From assembly GCF_009834535.1 (NCBI RefSeq), contig NC_045696.1:89158001-89222000 (forward strand): a DNA stretch of 64,000 nt, given 5' to 3'. A program made the translations under genes and the position numbers. This DNA comes from Camelus ferus (Eukaryota). Shown piece by piece: positions 52,120 to 64,000 of this stretch; the stretch's first letter is position 1, and the number at the start of each line of letters is the position of its first letter. The notes under the pieces were generated by a model. It saw only the letters and a program-made list of their open reading frames with translations, was not told the origin of the DNA and did no database searches.

Positions 52120-52612
52120 TGGTGTTACGTTGCACACAAGAGGAAGTGTGACTGACAGTGACTGAAATAAGTAAGGGGAGTATTTATTTCAAGCATCAAG
52201 GAGTCCCAGGATAGGCAGCAGGGCAGGTATCACAGGTCATGAAGACCCCCGAAATCCAGGCACCTTCCTGCTCTGCTACCTTTACTTTAGCATTTGGCTT
52301 TCATCCACTTGATTACAACATGGCTGCTGCAGCTCCAGGCGTGCCACCTATATCACAAGCAGGAAGGAAAAAAAGAAATACAGGCAAGAGGCTAGAGGGC
52401 ATGTCAGCCAGGTCAATCTCCTTGAAAAAGCTTTCCTGGATTCTCCACCCAGTGAATACTACTCACATCTCATTGATCAGAACTGGGTCACATGGGCCTC
52501 TTAGCTGCAAAGAATTCTGGGGAGGAGAGCATTCTACCTTTCTAGCGTTTTTATGAGAAGACAAGGCATTGAGCGTGAATGACTTTTGGGTGGCTAACAG
52601 TGTCTGCTGCAC
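52120..52612 (-). mobile_element. MLT1 (J-like) solo LTR
   Basis: acaacatggctgctgcagctccaggc...cagaactgggtcacatgggcctcttagctgcaa. Confidence 0.65.
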
Positions 52613-52635
52613 ACCTCATGTAACTTACCCCCTGA

Positions 52636-52808
52636 AACACGGGTTCTCAGCCTGGATGTGCACTAGTATCACCAGGGAGCTAATCAAATTAAAGCCTAGG
52701 CTATCCTCAGACCAATTAAATTAGAATCTCTTGGGGGGACCCAATGTCAGTAATTGTAACAGCTCCTCAGGGGATTCCCACGTGCAGCCAAGGTCTGGAA
52801 CCACGGCT
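52636..52808. mobile_element. MER5-family MITE
   Basis: ggttctcagcct...agaccaattaaattagaatctct...gcagccaaggtctggaaccacgg. Confidence 0.75.
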
Positions 52809-55165
52809 ACATCTCTGCCTTTACTACTTGAGAGGCTGCCGGGAGCGCTCATTTTGGCCTGATTCTCATTAGAAACAAGTGATAGATGGTAAAATGTTAG
52901 CGACGGGCAGGACCCTAGTGATCACAGAACAAGATTTTCTCTAGGTCAAATACATAGTCCATTAAGAGTTAGGGGTGGGATCAGTAGAACCTCCAACCCC
53001 CACCCCTGCAGTGAGCAGTGGCCCCGATCAAGTTTCCCATTGCATCCAGTCCAGTGCAGTGTGAACTTCATGGTGGTTTGGGAGAATTTAACGATCCATT
53101 TAGCACTGAAGGTTGAGGAGAACAGGTAACCTTGGGCTGCAGCTGTCTCTCCTCCACTCCAGTAATGATGCTCAGCCTGAAATCCAATTTGGGATGAGTG
53201 TGTAATTTCAATGTTTATTTAATCCAGAGCCACTTCTCAGTAAATAGGATGCTTAAAGGCTTGAATTACTAAAGCTTTCTCTATCCAAGCCTCCCTTGCT
53301 AATCTGCTCCCAGCACTATTCACTGGGTGTGCAACTGCCAAAAAGCCCAGTGGTAAATGCGCCTTATTCATCTGGAGGTTCTGTCTTCTGCCAAACAGCT
53401 GGTCCGTCTGAACCCCTGGTGGTGTTGATTAACATGGGGTTTTCCAGACTGTTAGCATTGGAGACAGCCTTACAGACCAACTAGGCAAGCTGAAGCTTAG
53501 AGTTGTGGATGAACTTGCCCAAGGTCACCCAATTAGTTGCAGGTGGGGACATTAGCATCAGCCTTTAGGCTTAATTGATTAGATGTTTTTATATAGCAGA
53601 AACCTAATAAATGTGACATTGGTACCTAATTATTGCCCTCCAACTTCTCAGCATAAATCTTTAAATAATTCAGGACCCCAGAACAAACCCATCTTGCAGA
53701 AATAACTCAGCCAGTGGAGGAAAACGCAAATGCATCTTTCTAGATGCATCTCCTGAATCGGCTGCCGGCACTGCTCAGTGACGCTGGACACCCTTGCCTG
53801 CGTGTGGCACATGCCTGGTCTGTGTAGGTTCTCTCTACGTGTCTGCTAGTCTGAATTGATCCCTGCAAGCCCTTCACTTTGCTACCCATTATTTAGGACG
53901 CCTCTATAGAACCACATTATTACCAGCTATTACAGTTAGAGCAAAGCAACAAGAAATCAACTATCTTTGGGATTTATGTGAAAAAGACTTGTAGTAGCTG
54001 GAAGTCATACATAGACTGAGGAGTGTTTTACGGTAATGTGCTCTCAAGTTCAATTTCTTAAGTTCTCTAGGTGACGCAAAACGATTGATTCTGAAAACGA
54101 ATGCTGAAGAAATAAATTGATTCCTTTGAAGTAAGCGGACCATTAATTCTTGACCTTAAAATCTCTAAAATGTTTTAAAAGGAGTTGACTTAGTAGTTAC
54201 TGCATTTTGTGGAATTAACTCTTTTTTCTTCTTTTGTTCATATACTATCTTACTGGGGCTTCTCCACAAGCTTCATAGTTTCTAGAAAAATAGGATGGAG
54301 TTGGCTATATGCCAGAATGTTGCTTAATGCCTTACTTTAAATACACATGTGGTCAATGGTTGAGGGCGTCCTAAGTGGGAGGAATTAAATCCATGGAAAA
54401 GCTCAAAGCTGCCTTTGAGGCCACCTTAGAAAATGGCTGGTTGTTCTGGCTGCCATTCTGAGTTGATCTCATCAGTGAGGCTGATTCTGTCCTCAGCAGT
54501 CCCCAGGGCAGCCCCATCCCACCCACCATGGCACCGGCTTCTCCTGGCTGCTGCTATAGAAACGCTGGTCTTTGGGCCCAAACTTTGTTCACTTGTCCAC
54601 TCATTTATGAGATCCTTTAGCCCATGTTGAATAGCAGCCGTAAAAGTGACCTACGTTTGTGGAGGTCAGCAAGCGCCATGCCATGCAGAGCCCGGAGGAC
54701 AGAGAAACGGCCCGAGACTTAGAAAAACGGCTGGAGCCTCAGGTGCACTGCTTACGAACACATTGAACCTGAACAAAGCTTGTCCCCTGGCCTCTGGTGC
54801 CCCACGTGTGAACTCTGGATGCCTCCTAACCCTCCTGTCTCCCTCAGAGCGCAGCGGAGGACCACACGGGATGCGCCGGCTTTAGGTACTGGGCATGAAG
54901 TAACTGTGCAGTGAGGAGCAGGGACAAGCTCCCTTGAGCTTTCCAGGGGCTGTTGCTGCGGAATGCTTAATAGTCGTAGGGCGTGTCTTGTCGGGCTTAC
55001 ATGGGGAATTGCTTTCCAGGCAACTCAAGGCCACCCCCCACCTCCACTCCCAGATAGGCTTTGAAGCCCAGCTCATGTCCTGTGTGCCCTGGGAGAGACC
55101 AGAGGATGCAGACACAGGAAGAAAATGTGAGGTGATAAGATGGCTGCGTCCCAGGTCTCAGCTGA

Positions 55166-55710
55166 GTCCCTGGGACATGCCCTGCCAAGTGCGGTTCCTT
55201 GGCTTCACACAGGAAAGAATTTAAGAGCAAGCCACAGTTGACTAAAGGTAAATTTATTCAGAGAGAGATACATAATCCATAGGCAGAGTGCAGGCTGTTT
55301 CAGAAGGCAAGAGAAAGGCCATAAGGTATGGGGGGTGGGTGCTCAGTTTAAAGTAAACGTAGTTACACACTTCATAGACTCCGTCTCACACATGGCCATG
55401 AGGTGTGGGGGTGGTTAGCTTTTATGGGCTCGGTAACTTCATATGCTAACAAGTAGCAGGATTATTCCGACTACTTTGGGGAAGGGGCAGGGATTCCCAG
55501 GAACTAGGCCATCACTCACCCTTTGACCTTTTATGGTCAGCCTTAAAACTGTCCTGGCACCTGTGGGAGGGCCATTTAGCAGCTGTTGTATTTCAATGAG
55601 CGTATATTGAAGTTCAAGGTCTACTGGGAGTTGAATCTTCCACCATCTTGGTGCTGACTGCTGTGTCATTCTTTTAATGGCTGTGCCCTGCCCCCTTCCC
55701 TCCTGTCTCA
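55166..55710 (-). mobile_element. ERV1-type solo LTR
   Basis: ggttccttggcttcacacaggaaagaatttaagagcaagcc, a minus-strand AATAAA at ~55253, and a terminus of ccctcctgtctca. Confidence 0.7.
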
Positions 55711-56169
55711 ATGCCAGCAGGCCACAGAGCTGGCACTGGCTGGACAAAGTGGCTCGTCTGCCACTGGGAGGAGTGTAAGGGAAGACCCAACCCTCTGCAA
55801 TACGTTCCCTGGCCAGGAGTTGGAGCAACGACTGAGACTCAGCCCCTGGGGCGCTGAATCAAGATGTCGACAGCCTGCTCAGTGCCAGGGCAGCAGGTGC
55901 CCCTGAATGCTGACTGGGGCCAGCACTGGGTCTGCTCACCCAGCCCTCCCAGCTAAGGATGCGGCTCAGTAAGGGCAACCAGGGTCTGACAGTAGACGCA
56001 CACATCATTTGATAGGTGGTTGTCTGTGCTTTGCCTTGTGAGATGTCTATTATCAGTATAGACTGTGAGCTCATTTCTAAAAGGATTCTTTTGCCATCTC
56101 TAAAAGGTCTCAATTTAAAGAATCCCTTGAGGATTGTGTAACCGTAATGATTTCAATCAGAATGATAGC

Positions 56170-56550
56170 TATTCTTTGTTGAGCACTTACTGTATGCCAG
56201 GACCACATAGGGAGGTTGTGAGCACTTTATTCTCACAACCACCATGTGAGGGAGGCGCCTCATTGTCATCCCGTTTTACAGATGAGGAAACAGAACCTTA
56301 GAAATACTGAGTAACTTCCTCAAGGTCATACATCTGGGATTTGCCCAGGTTTGTTTGACTCAAAAGTGACAGTCACAGTGCTATAAAAACATCATCATCA
56401 TTGTCGTTGTCATCCTAATAGATTTTTAGCAGAGTTTGCACATGTTAAGTTATTTAATCTTCACAATAACCCTGTGAGATAGCAATTATTGTTAGCCCCA
56501 TTTTGCAGAGGAGGAAACTAGGGTACGGACACGTTTGATAACTTAAGTCT
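56170..56550 (-). mobile_element. Tandem MIR fragments
   Basis: ttttacagatgaggaaacaga and ccccattttgcagaggaggaaact cores. Confidence 0.75.
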
Positions 56551-58659
56551 CATTGCTCAGAGCGAGAGAGTTTTTAAAATAAACATCTGTCACCCAGAGG
56601 GGTCAGCTGGGTGAGATGAAGCCTCTTATCCAAGGTCAAGCGACTGTAGGTGGCAAAGTGGGGACTAAACCTGAGGTTTATCTGCCTCTAGACTTGAGTC
56701 ACCTCGACGAGGAACCCTCAGTCCACATTCCAGTGCCAGAGTAGGCACATCTGGCTGGGGGTGCAAGGGTCATTTACCTGGGCCCCTTCCTGCCTGGATG
56801 AGCTGCGTGTGGCTTCAGCACTTTGGGGAACCCAAGATTCCGTGATCTTCGCCCAGGCCCTCCTTGTGGTGGGAGCTCTGAGTATCACAGAAGGACAGAT
56901 GATGGGAGGAGAGAGGACAGCCCGGAAGCTGAATGATCCACAAACTGTATAATTAGATTTTGACTAAGTCAGAATTGATGCTCCTTGAGAACCACCTGGC
57001 AAGGGCTTCCTGCTGGTTACAATACCAGAACTGGAGCTGGAGCCAAAGGGAAAGTGGCTGATTTTAACTCAATTCCAGTGCTTGGGCAAAACCATCTTTT
57101 AAAAGATATATATTTTCCAAAGGGAAGAGACAGACCTAGCATTTTTCCCTCCATCAAATTTGAACAATTTAGATAGCAGAACTGATGATTTTGGTCCATT
57201 ACTACCTAGGAACAATAATGATGTTCCACTTTGCCTTATGGCAACAGTCAGAATGAAAGGCATGGGGGTGGAGAGAGACCATCTGTTCATGTCCTTAATG
57301 CCATAGGCTTAAATTAGCATATACGGTGTGTCAGCCCCTGAGTTAGGCAGTGAAAACCCGTGTCCACATGGGGCTTATATCCCAGTGGCAGAGTAGACAT
57401 CAACTAAGCATTACACAGTAACTTTCAAAATTTCTAGAGTCATAAATGCTAGAAGAAACACATGAGCCTCTGAGGGAGACCTTACATAGAATGGGACCAG
57501 GAAGGACACTCTGTTGAGATGAAGGAATAAAGGGAATTAGCAAGAGGTGAGAGGTGGGTGAGGGTGCCAGTAGGCTGGGGCATGTCTGCAGACTCTTAGA
57601 GACAAGAACTTGGGGTGTTGAGGGCAGAGAGAAAGCCAATGTGGCCAAAATGAAAGGAGGAGGGAGACAAGGGCCTGGAGGTGGTAAGAGCCATGGAAGG
57701 CAGGTTGAAAGTTTTGAATGTAAGTCTTAACGGTAAAACCAGAAGTGCAGAGATGTGTTATGGGCAGGATTCGACCACTTACAAAGGCAAAGTAGGTGAG
57801 ATATGGGGAAACTGGGATGTCTCCATCGCTCCTTCCTCAACTCCTCCTCCTGGTGTCAGATACTCCACCAGTCATCAGCATTGATTCACCCCCGCCCACA
57901 CACAATTCCCTGTTCAAATTCAGAAAATACTCCAGTACTCCTGGGAGTGGGGAGGGCTGCCAGTACCGAAGCGAGTGTGGCTGCGACTGAGGGATTGGAG
58001 AGCAGGCCGTACGGTGCTGGAGAAAGCGGGGTGGTGCTGGTGTGTGAGTGCAGAGGGGCGGCTGGAACAGTAAGGGGAGACAGGGCAGGGACAGGGACGG
58101 GGCTCCGGCCCACTGTACCTTCCCGGGCAGCGCTCGACTGACAGCTGCACTAATTGTGGGTTGCACTGCTGATACATTATCCATACGGCTGAATTGATAA
58201 TGTTTTGTTTTGGCAGCTAAATGTTTTATGACTAAAGACTCCCAAGGTGAAGGCAACCAATTAGGAAACATGATGAAGAATCTCTGGAAGCACATTCTAC
58301 TGCTCTCTTGGTGGGCACGGATGTGCGTGGGTCCCCTGTCTCTGCCAGAACCCCCTCTCAGCACTGCATGAAGCCCCCTCCCCGCCCCGTCTCACTCCAG
58401 CTCTGACTTGCCTCTCCCTGGGCGTCTTCCAGTGGAACTTCTCTCCCCTCTAACCTGTCAAAGCCCCAAGCTCTGCCCTAAAACCATCGCCAGCCCTGTC
58501 TAAAAGGCTTGATTTGCAACAAACCCTTTTTAACCCCTAATTCATACACTCCTCTGTTAGTGTCTGAAAGCTGACTGCGGCCTTAAAGGCTCATTCGTCC
58601 ATTCACTCATTTATTCTAACAAATAGCATTCATTAAATGCCCCTGTGCCTGCTGACATT

Positions 58660-59195
58660 AAACCCACACTATTGATTTCACTCCTGGGTATTTACTCAAG
58701 AGAACTGAGTGTCATGTGTTTACAAAAACACATTGTGAGAATGTGTATAGCAGCTTTCTTCATAATTGGCCCAAGTTGGAAACAAACTCAAATGGCCATC
58801 GAGGAGAAGGGACACACAAATTATAGCACATTCACACAGTGGAATATGATTCAACAAGTAAAAGGAACAAACCACTGGTACGTGCGACAAGATGGATGAA
58901 ACTCAAATTCATGATGTTCAGCAAAACAAGTCGGACACCAAGGATGACATACAGCATGTTTCTATGTCCTATAAGTTCAAAAACAGGTGAAGCACACTGT
59001 GGTGTTAAAAGTTAGAAAGCTGGTTACCTCTGGGGGAGGAGGTTATTGGCTGGGGAGGGGCATGGGGGCTGATGCAATTTTAAAAAATCTTGACCTCGGT
59101 AGTGGTTACATGGGTGTATACATATGTAAAAGTCCATCAAGATGTGCATGTAGGTTCTGTACATTTACAGTAGATAATTTTGCCTCAGCTTTGTA
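58660..59195 (+). mobile_element. Old L1M 3' fragment
   Basis: atttcactcctgggtatttactcaagagaa...gtggttacatgggtgtatacatatgtaaaa. Confidence 0.75.
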
Positions 59196-61249
59196 AGACT
59201 GTTGGCTAGCAGGGCTCTGCGGCTGAGCTGAGCCCAGCTATTCCAGGCTAAGGTGGCCGAGGAGAGTCAGTGGTGGGGCTGGGGATCTGGAGCACCCTTC
59301 CTGGAAGGTCCTAAGGGAAATGCGCAGTCCTTGAGCGGCAGTGCTAACTCAGGGGCTCAGGATACTCATTGGAAAGAGAAAAAGGTGTTGAAACAAAAAG
59401 AAGTGTCTGATGGTCACTGCTGAGGGCCTGCAAGGAAAACTGATCCAGTGTGCAATGGAGTTGGGGCCGGGAGGGCTCCAAGGCAGGCAGGAACCTCAAT
59501 TCATCAGCAGTCAGTGACACAGGAGCCGGGAGGACATTCACATCCAAGGCCAGGCCAGAAGGCAGCGGTCTTACCAGGAAGGTGACACGTGGAGGACCAA
59601 AGAGAGAGCAAAAAGCAACTCCTTTTTATTTTTGAAGGTGTACAGGCATTATTTCATGTTAGGTCTCAGAGCTGTGACATAGGATATATTAGTCCCACTT
59701 TCTGAACAGGAAGCTGAGAACTAAGAGATGTCACATGATGTGCTGAAGGCCGCCAGCTGGCAAGTGCAGGCTTCAGCCCAGGGCTGTGAGACCCAGAACT
59801 TGCACCCCGCTGCCAGTTAAGTGTGGAACTGGTTCAGTGATTGGTTATCCTACCCGTGTGGGTGGATACGTGAAATGACTTTACTCTTCCAGTATCTGTC
59901 CCCATCTATGCTCTGCTGCCGGGTCAAGGACTCCCTTAACGTCATCTCAGTCCAACTCTATGAATCTGCAGCATTGCAGTTATGGAAATAACGCGACCCA
60001 GCTATTAAAACTCAGTCCTGTTCATTTAAAAACTCTACCTACCTTTTTATTTCATTTGAATAAAACCCAAACTTTATAAGAAAATATTTTGGGGACTGCT
60101 TTTCATAACTTCAGTTTTTAACCAGGAGTCCCTAAGGAATGGTAACAAACCAGCATCCACTCTCCTTCTCTTCTAGGGTGGGGCTCATCCTCACGAATAC
60201 TGCCCTCCCTCCAAAGGCAACCTCCGCCTCCTCACTCGCAGTCTTCCTCTGCTGTCTCCAGGATGAAAGCCCCAAAGCCAGTTCAGCCACTGGGGTGTCT
60301 CCTGCCTAGAAAGGGGCCTTCTTTGAACTAAGTCCTGGAGAATTTAGTAATTTTCTTATCAACAGTGCCTCTACCTGAGGGGTTATCTCTGAACTATTAG
60401 GTAACCTCCGGGGGCAGGAAAATATTTCAGTCCTAACTCTCACCAGCTCTTAGTCAAAGTTTCCTGTTGAAAGCCCCCTGTGTGGGAGCCTACGCTCCTA
60501 TCTGAGGAAAGTAAAGTGGTTTGCTTCCTCTTAATATGCTGTTCGTCATGCTGCGTTGCCTAGGAAAGATCAACTCTCCAGGAGGTATATCCTGGCAGAA
60601 ACAGCCCTCTCCAGCCCCCAACATCTCAGATTCCAACAATGGCTGGTGAATGAACCCTACATCTCCAGACAGATTACTGAAAGCACCAAGGATGCATCAT
60701 TGTCCTGTGGAAAGACTGCTTCCTTCTAGTGCATGGCCAATTCGTTGAGGTGCTTTAGAGTGTCAGTAATAAGAACTGTCTTGTCTTCTAAGTATGCTGT
60801 GCTCACAGAGGGGAAGACTTCCATGGACTACTTGTTGCAGTGCCATTAAGCTCTATCTCAAGGATAAAGCCATCCTAGGATCCAGGGAAATTTTCTAATT
60901 TTGTGACTCCCTAATCAAAAGGGGAAAAAGCCCTCAAGACATTATTTTGAATGTCTCTAGTGGGCTGGCAAGTGACTGAATCTCTTGGTTCCCTTTTGAG
61001 TGTGGTGGTCAGGAGGGGGCCATCCATGAGGGTCCACCGACCTGGGACTAGAGCAGAGAATATTTCCCTCTGAATTGTGGAATTGCCAAAACTACGAACA
61101 TGAAGTTGAGCCAGAGAAGAGATGAGGTCACAGCCACCACGTGGGGGCTCTAGAGAAGAGGGGAGAACTATGCATAGAAGTTGGGACTGAGCCAGGCATC
61201 TGGGAGACAAAGAGGAATGAGTTTGGGAGGAAATAGAGAAGAGGTCCAG

Positions 61250-61412
61250 AGCTGTGCTGTTCAACGTGGTGGCCACTCGCCATGTGTGGCTATTTAAATT
61301 TAAAATAAAATTAAAAATTTAGTTCCTCAGTTATACTAGCCACCTTGTAAGTGCTAATGGGGCACAGATTTTAGAATGTTTCCAACACAGGAAGTTCTAC
61401 TGGGCAGCGCTG
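61250..61412. mobile_element. MER3 hAT MITE
   Basis: ctgtgctgttcaa...gccatgtgtggctatttaaatttaa...gaagttctactgggcagcgctg. Confidence 0.8.
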
Positions 61413-62194
61413 ACTCTAGAACAACTATATAACAGGCAGCTTGTTTCGTGAACCAGCGTTAGCATAATGGGGGGAGAGGGGAGGAAGGTGGGGAGATGGT
61501 GGGCTGAGTACAGAGGGCCAAGAGTGGATTTGACTTTCCAAAATTAGCCAGAGTCATTTGGAGTCAAGTCATACAATGGCTCTGGTGTCCTCATGCTCAG
61601 CACATTTGTGCTGAATTAATGAGTAAGCAGGCTGGGCAGCACCTGTTTGGTGGGGGCAGAGGGTGGGGAAGAAGACAGAAGGCATCTACAAAATAGAAGA
61701 GCTAAATTTTCTTGTGTTAGCAGCTCATTAACTAAATGAAAGACGTTCTAAAAGAGGAACTTCAGAGATGTTCTGAGTAGTGTCAGCAAGACCAGAATAA
61801 GCAGAAAGCCTCTCAAGGTAACTGCTTTGAAAGGGACCACATTCAACTAGCTCATCGAGGGACCGTGATTAGGACCCCTAGCCACTCCCGGCTCGTTTCC
61901 TCGGCTGTAAAACAAAGACTCAAGCCCCAAGACCAGCTCTTTCTGTGTGTCCGCAAGTTGGGTATTTAAACTCTATTATTATCTTTATTAAAAGAGCTTT
62001 CTTGTCCTATCTCAGAGTTGCCATGAGAGCTGAAAATAATCAGGGAGAGCAAATGGGCTTCATCTCATCAGCCAGGTTTGACTAAATGATAGTACACGCT
62101 TGGAAAGCTCTGCGGGGAAGAGTTTTGAGGCTTTATCCAAGCTTGTTTGATTAGCAACGTCTGCACTTGGATGGAGTGGTAGAATGCAAGCCAG

Positions 62195-62650
62195 TGTAAC
62201 CGAACAAGACCCTGTGGGGCCTTCCCAGGATGTCTAGACCCCTCCCCCATATCCTCTGCTGTAGCTTCTCTCTGAAGTACTCAGATAATAGTAGCTCCTG
62301 CATATCTGCTGAGTTTTTCAGACGCTAAAAATCACCACCAAATGGTAGAAATTAACTACTTGATGGTCATGAGCACGTAACCCCCAGAACTTCTGGCACC
62401 CAAGGATTGATCACCATCAACCAACCAGAGAATTGTGCACCGCTGGTCATGTACCCTGGGACACCCCTCCCTCTGCTGACCTTTACAAATACTCAGCTGA
62501 ACCCCTTCAGAAGTTCAGGAGTTTTCTGGACATGAGCCACCAGTTCTCCTTGCTTGGCATTGCAGTAAACCTTTCTCTGCTCTAAACTCCGACGTTTTGG
62601 TTTGTTTGGCCACACTGTGTGTCTGGCACATGAAGCTGCCCTCTGTAACA
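62195..62650 (+). mobile_element. ERV1-type solo LTR
   Basis: TGTAAC...TAACA termini, with agtaaacctttctctgctc in the polyA-signal position. Confidence 0.7.
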
Positions 62651-62654
62651 CCGA

Positions 62655-63030
62655 CTCCTGCCATCCCAGATTTATGGACTACCTAGCCCAACACCCACTC
62701 TAAGTACTTTCTTCCCTGCCCATGTCCACTCTAAATACTGGAAAGTCTAAACATTTGCTTTCCTACACTTCCTTGCAGGTAAGGGTGGCCTGTAACACAG
62801 TTCCTGTTTAGATATGTGTTTGCAGCGATGGCAGCCATTTTGTGACCAGGAGACAGCGTAAGAGAATCACTCGATGCTGCCTTTGACCTTGTGGAGCTGC
62901 TATACCAGTGCCAGGAGCTGCCTATCTCCAGACATCTTGTCAGGGGAGAAAAATGCCCCATATTCAGTTCAGGTCTTGAAGCTTGGGATTTCTGTTACTT
63001 CCAGCTTACTTGTCTAATCTACCCCAGACC
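62655..63030 (+). mobile_element. LTR16-like ERVL LTR fragment
   Basis: ttccttgcaggtaagggtggcc...ggcagccattttgtgacc...ggatttctgttactt. Confidence 0.55.
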
Positions 63031-63729
63031 ACACATCCGCCTTTCTAGGGGCAAACACAAATTGTCTTTGCTAAGCTTTCAGTACTCTTCTTTCTCATGC
63101 AACTTCCTACCATTGAGGGGTGTTCCCCTGTCCTTCTGGATTTGGAAATTATGACACTCTGCTTGCTGAGGCCCTAGAGAATTCCTCCTTCATCCACAGT
63201 ACTCTGTGACTATTAAAAGCCTGAGTGATGGAAAAAACACGAACCAGAATGTCAGGAGGTGCAAATTCCAGCCCCAGCCCTGCCAGCACACACTCTGTGT
63301 ACTCAGGCAAGTCACTCGGCCACTCGGGACGTCAACTGCACATCTGAGAAATGAAGAGCTGGGTTAGAATATCTCCGAGGTCTCTTTTAGCTATAACTCC
63401 TGCGGATGCTGATGGAAATGGGTGCAAACACATCTTTTCCCTCTTGGTTTCAAGTTGATCTCTGAGTATCTGGTGTATTTTGATATTAATAAACTCCAAT
63501 AAATACACGTTGTCAGAATCCATTCTTGTTGGTGAAGTGTAACTCTTTCTTCATGCAGAGGCAATAGTTTTTTGGCAAGAAATACCCAAAGAGTCAGGAT
63601 GAGACAATCCTTGGATCAGACACAGAGCTCCATCTCAGAACCACTATTCTGACACATCTGTTTGCTTCTGTCCTGCCCTTTGCCTGCCTTGCATTTGATT
63701 TTTAAGCCATCCTCCAACGTGGTTGTGTT

Positions 63730-63855
63730 GTTTGTTTTATGAGGGGGAGGTAATTAGATTTCTTCACTGATTTCCGCTTAGAAGAGGTACTGGGGATTGA
63801 ACCCAGGACCTCCTGGGTGCTGAGCATGTTCTCCACCACTTGAGCTCCAGCCTCC
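63730..63855 (-). mobile_element. Camelid tRNA-derived SINE (Vic-1-like)
   Basis: gggggaggtaattag...gaggtactggggattgaacccaggacctc...accacttgagct. Confidence 0.85.
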
Positions 63856-64000
63856 AGCTTGGATTTGGGAAGCTCACCCATGTTTTGGATTTCTGCATGC
63901 CTGGTTTGTCCTGCTCCCTTCCACCCCCTACCTCCTTCCCCATTCTTTCTTTTATTTGTTTCTGATAACCCTCCCCCTCCTCCCCGCCCTTCCCTTGGTG

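Noticed and set aside
34600..64000. Additional protein-coding exons, for example IL12A
   Set aside because: No ORF in the track resembles a known protein. The short ORFs fall in repeats or look random.

Overview
Mammalian genomic DNA, most likely a camelid (six copies of a tRNA-derived SINE resembling the camelid Vic-1 family). The window holds the last two coding exons of IFT80 (+) and the single-exon CpG-island gene C3orf80 (-), arranged tail to tail. Beyond about 34.6 kb there is roughly 29 kb of repeat-rich, gene-free sequence; by human synteny this runs toward IL12A. Two structures stand out. (1) At 25.95-29.43 kb is a heavily decayed, 5'-truncated processed retrocopy of MKI67 (Ki-67) with target-site duplications. 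Its repeat domain is built from 60-aa units (3 x 20 aa) instead of the ~122-aa eutherian Ki-67 repeat, so it may be a molecular fossil of an ancestral Ki-67. (2) At 37.96-38.42 kb is a young L1 insertion, bounded by a TSD, that appears to have carried 17 in-phase units of an 18-bp telomere-like satellite to this interstitial site by serial 3' transduction. A decayed ERVL/MER21-type provirus lies at 14.1-18.9 kb. Repeat family names and boundaries were recognised by eye and are approximate. Comparisons to other species' sequences are from memory, not from a search.
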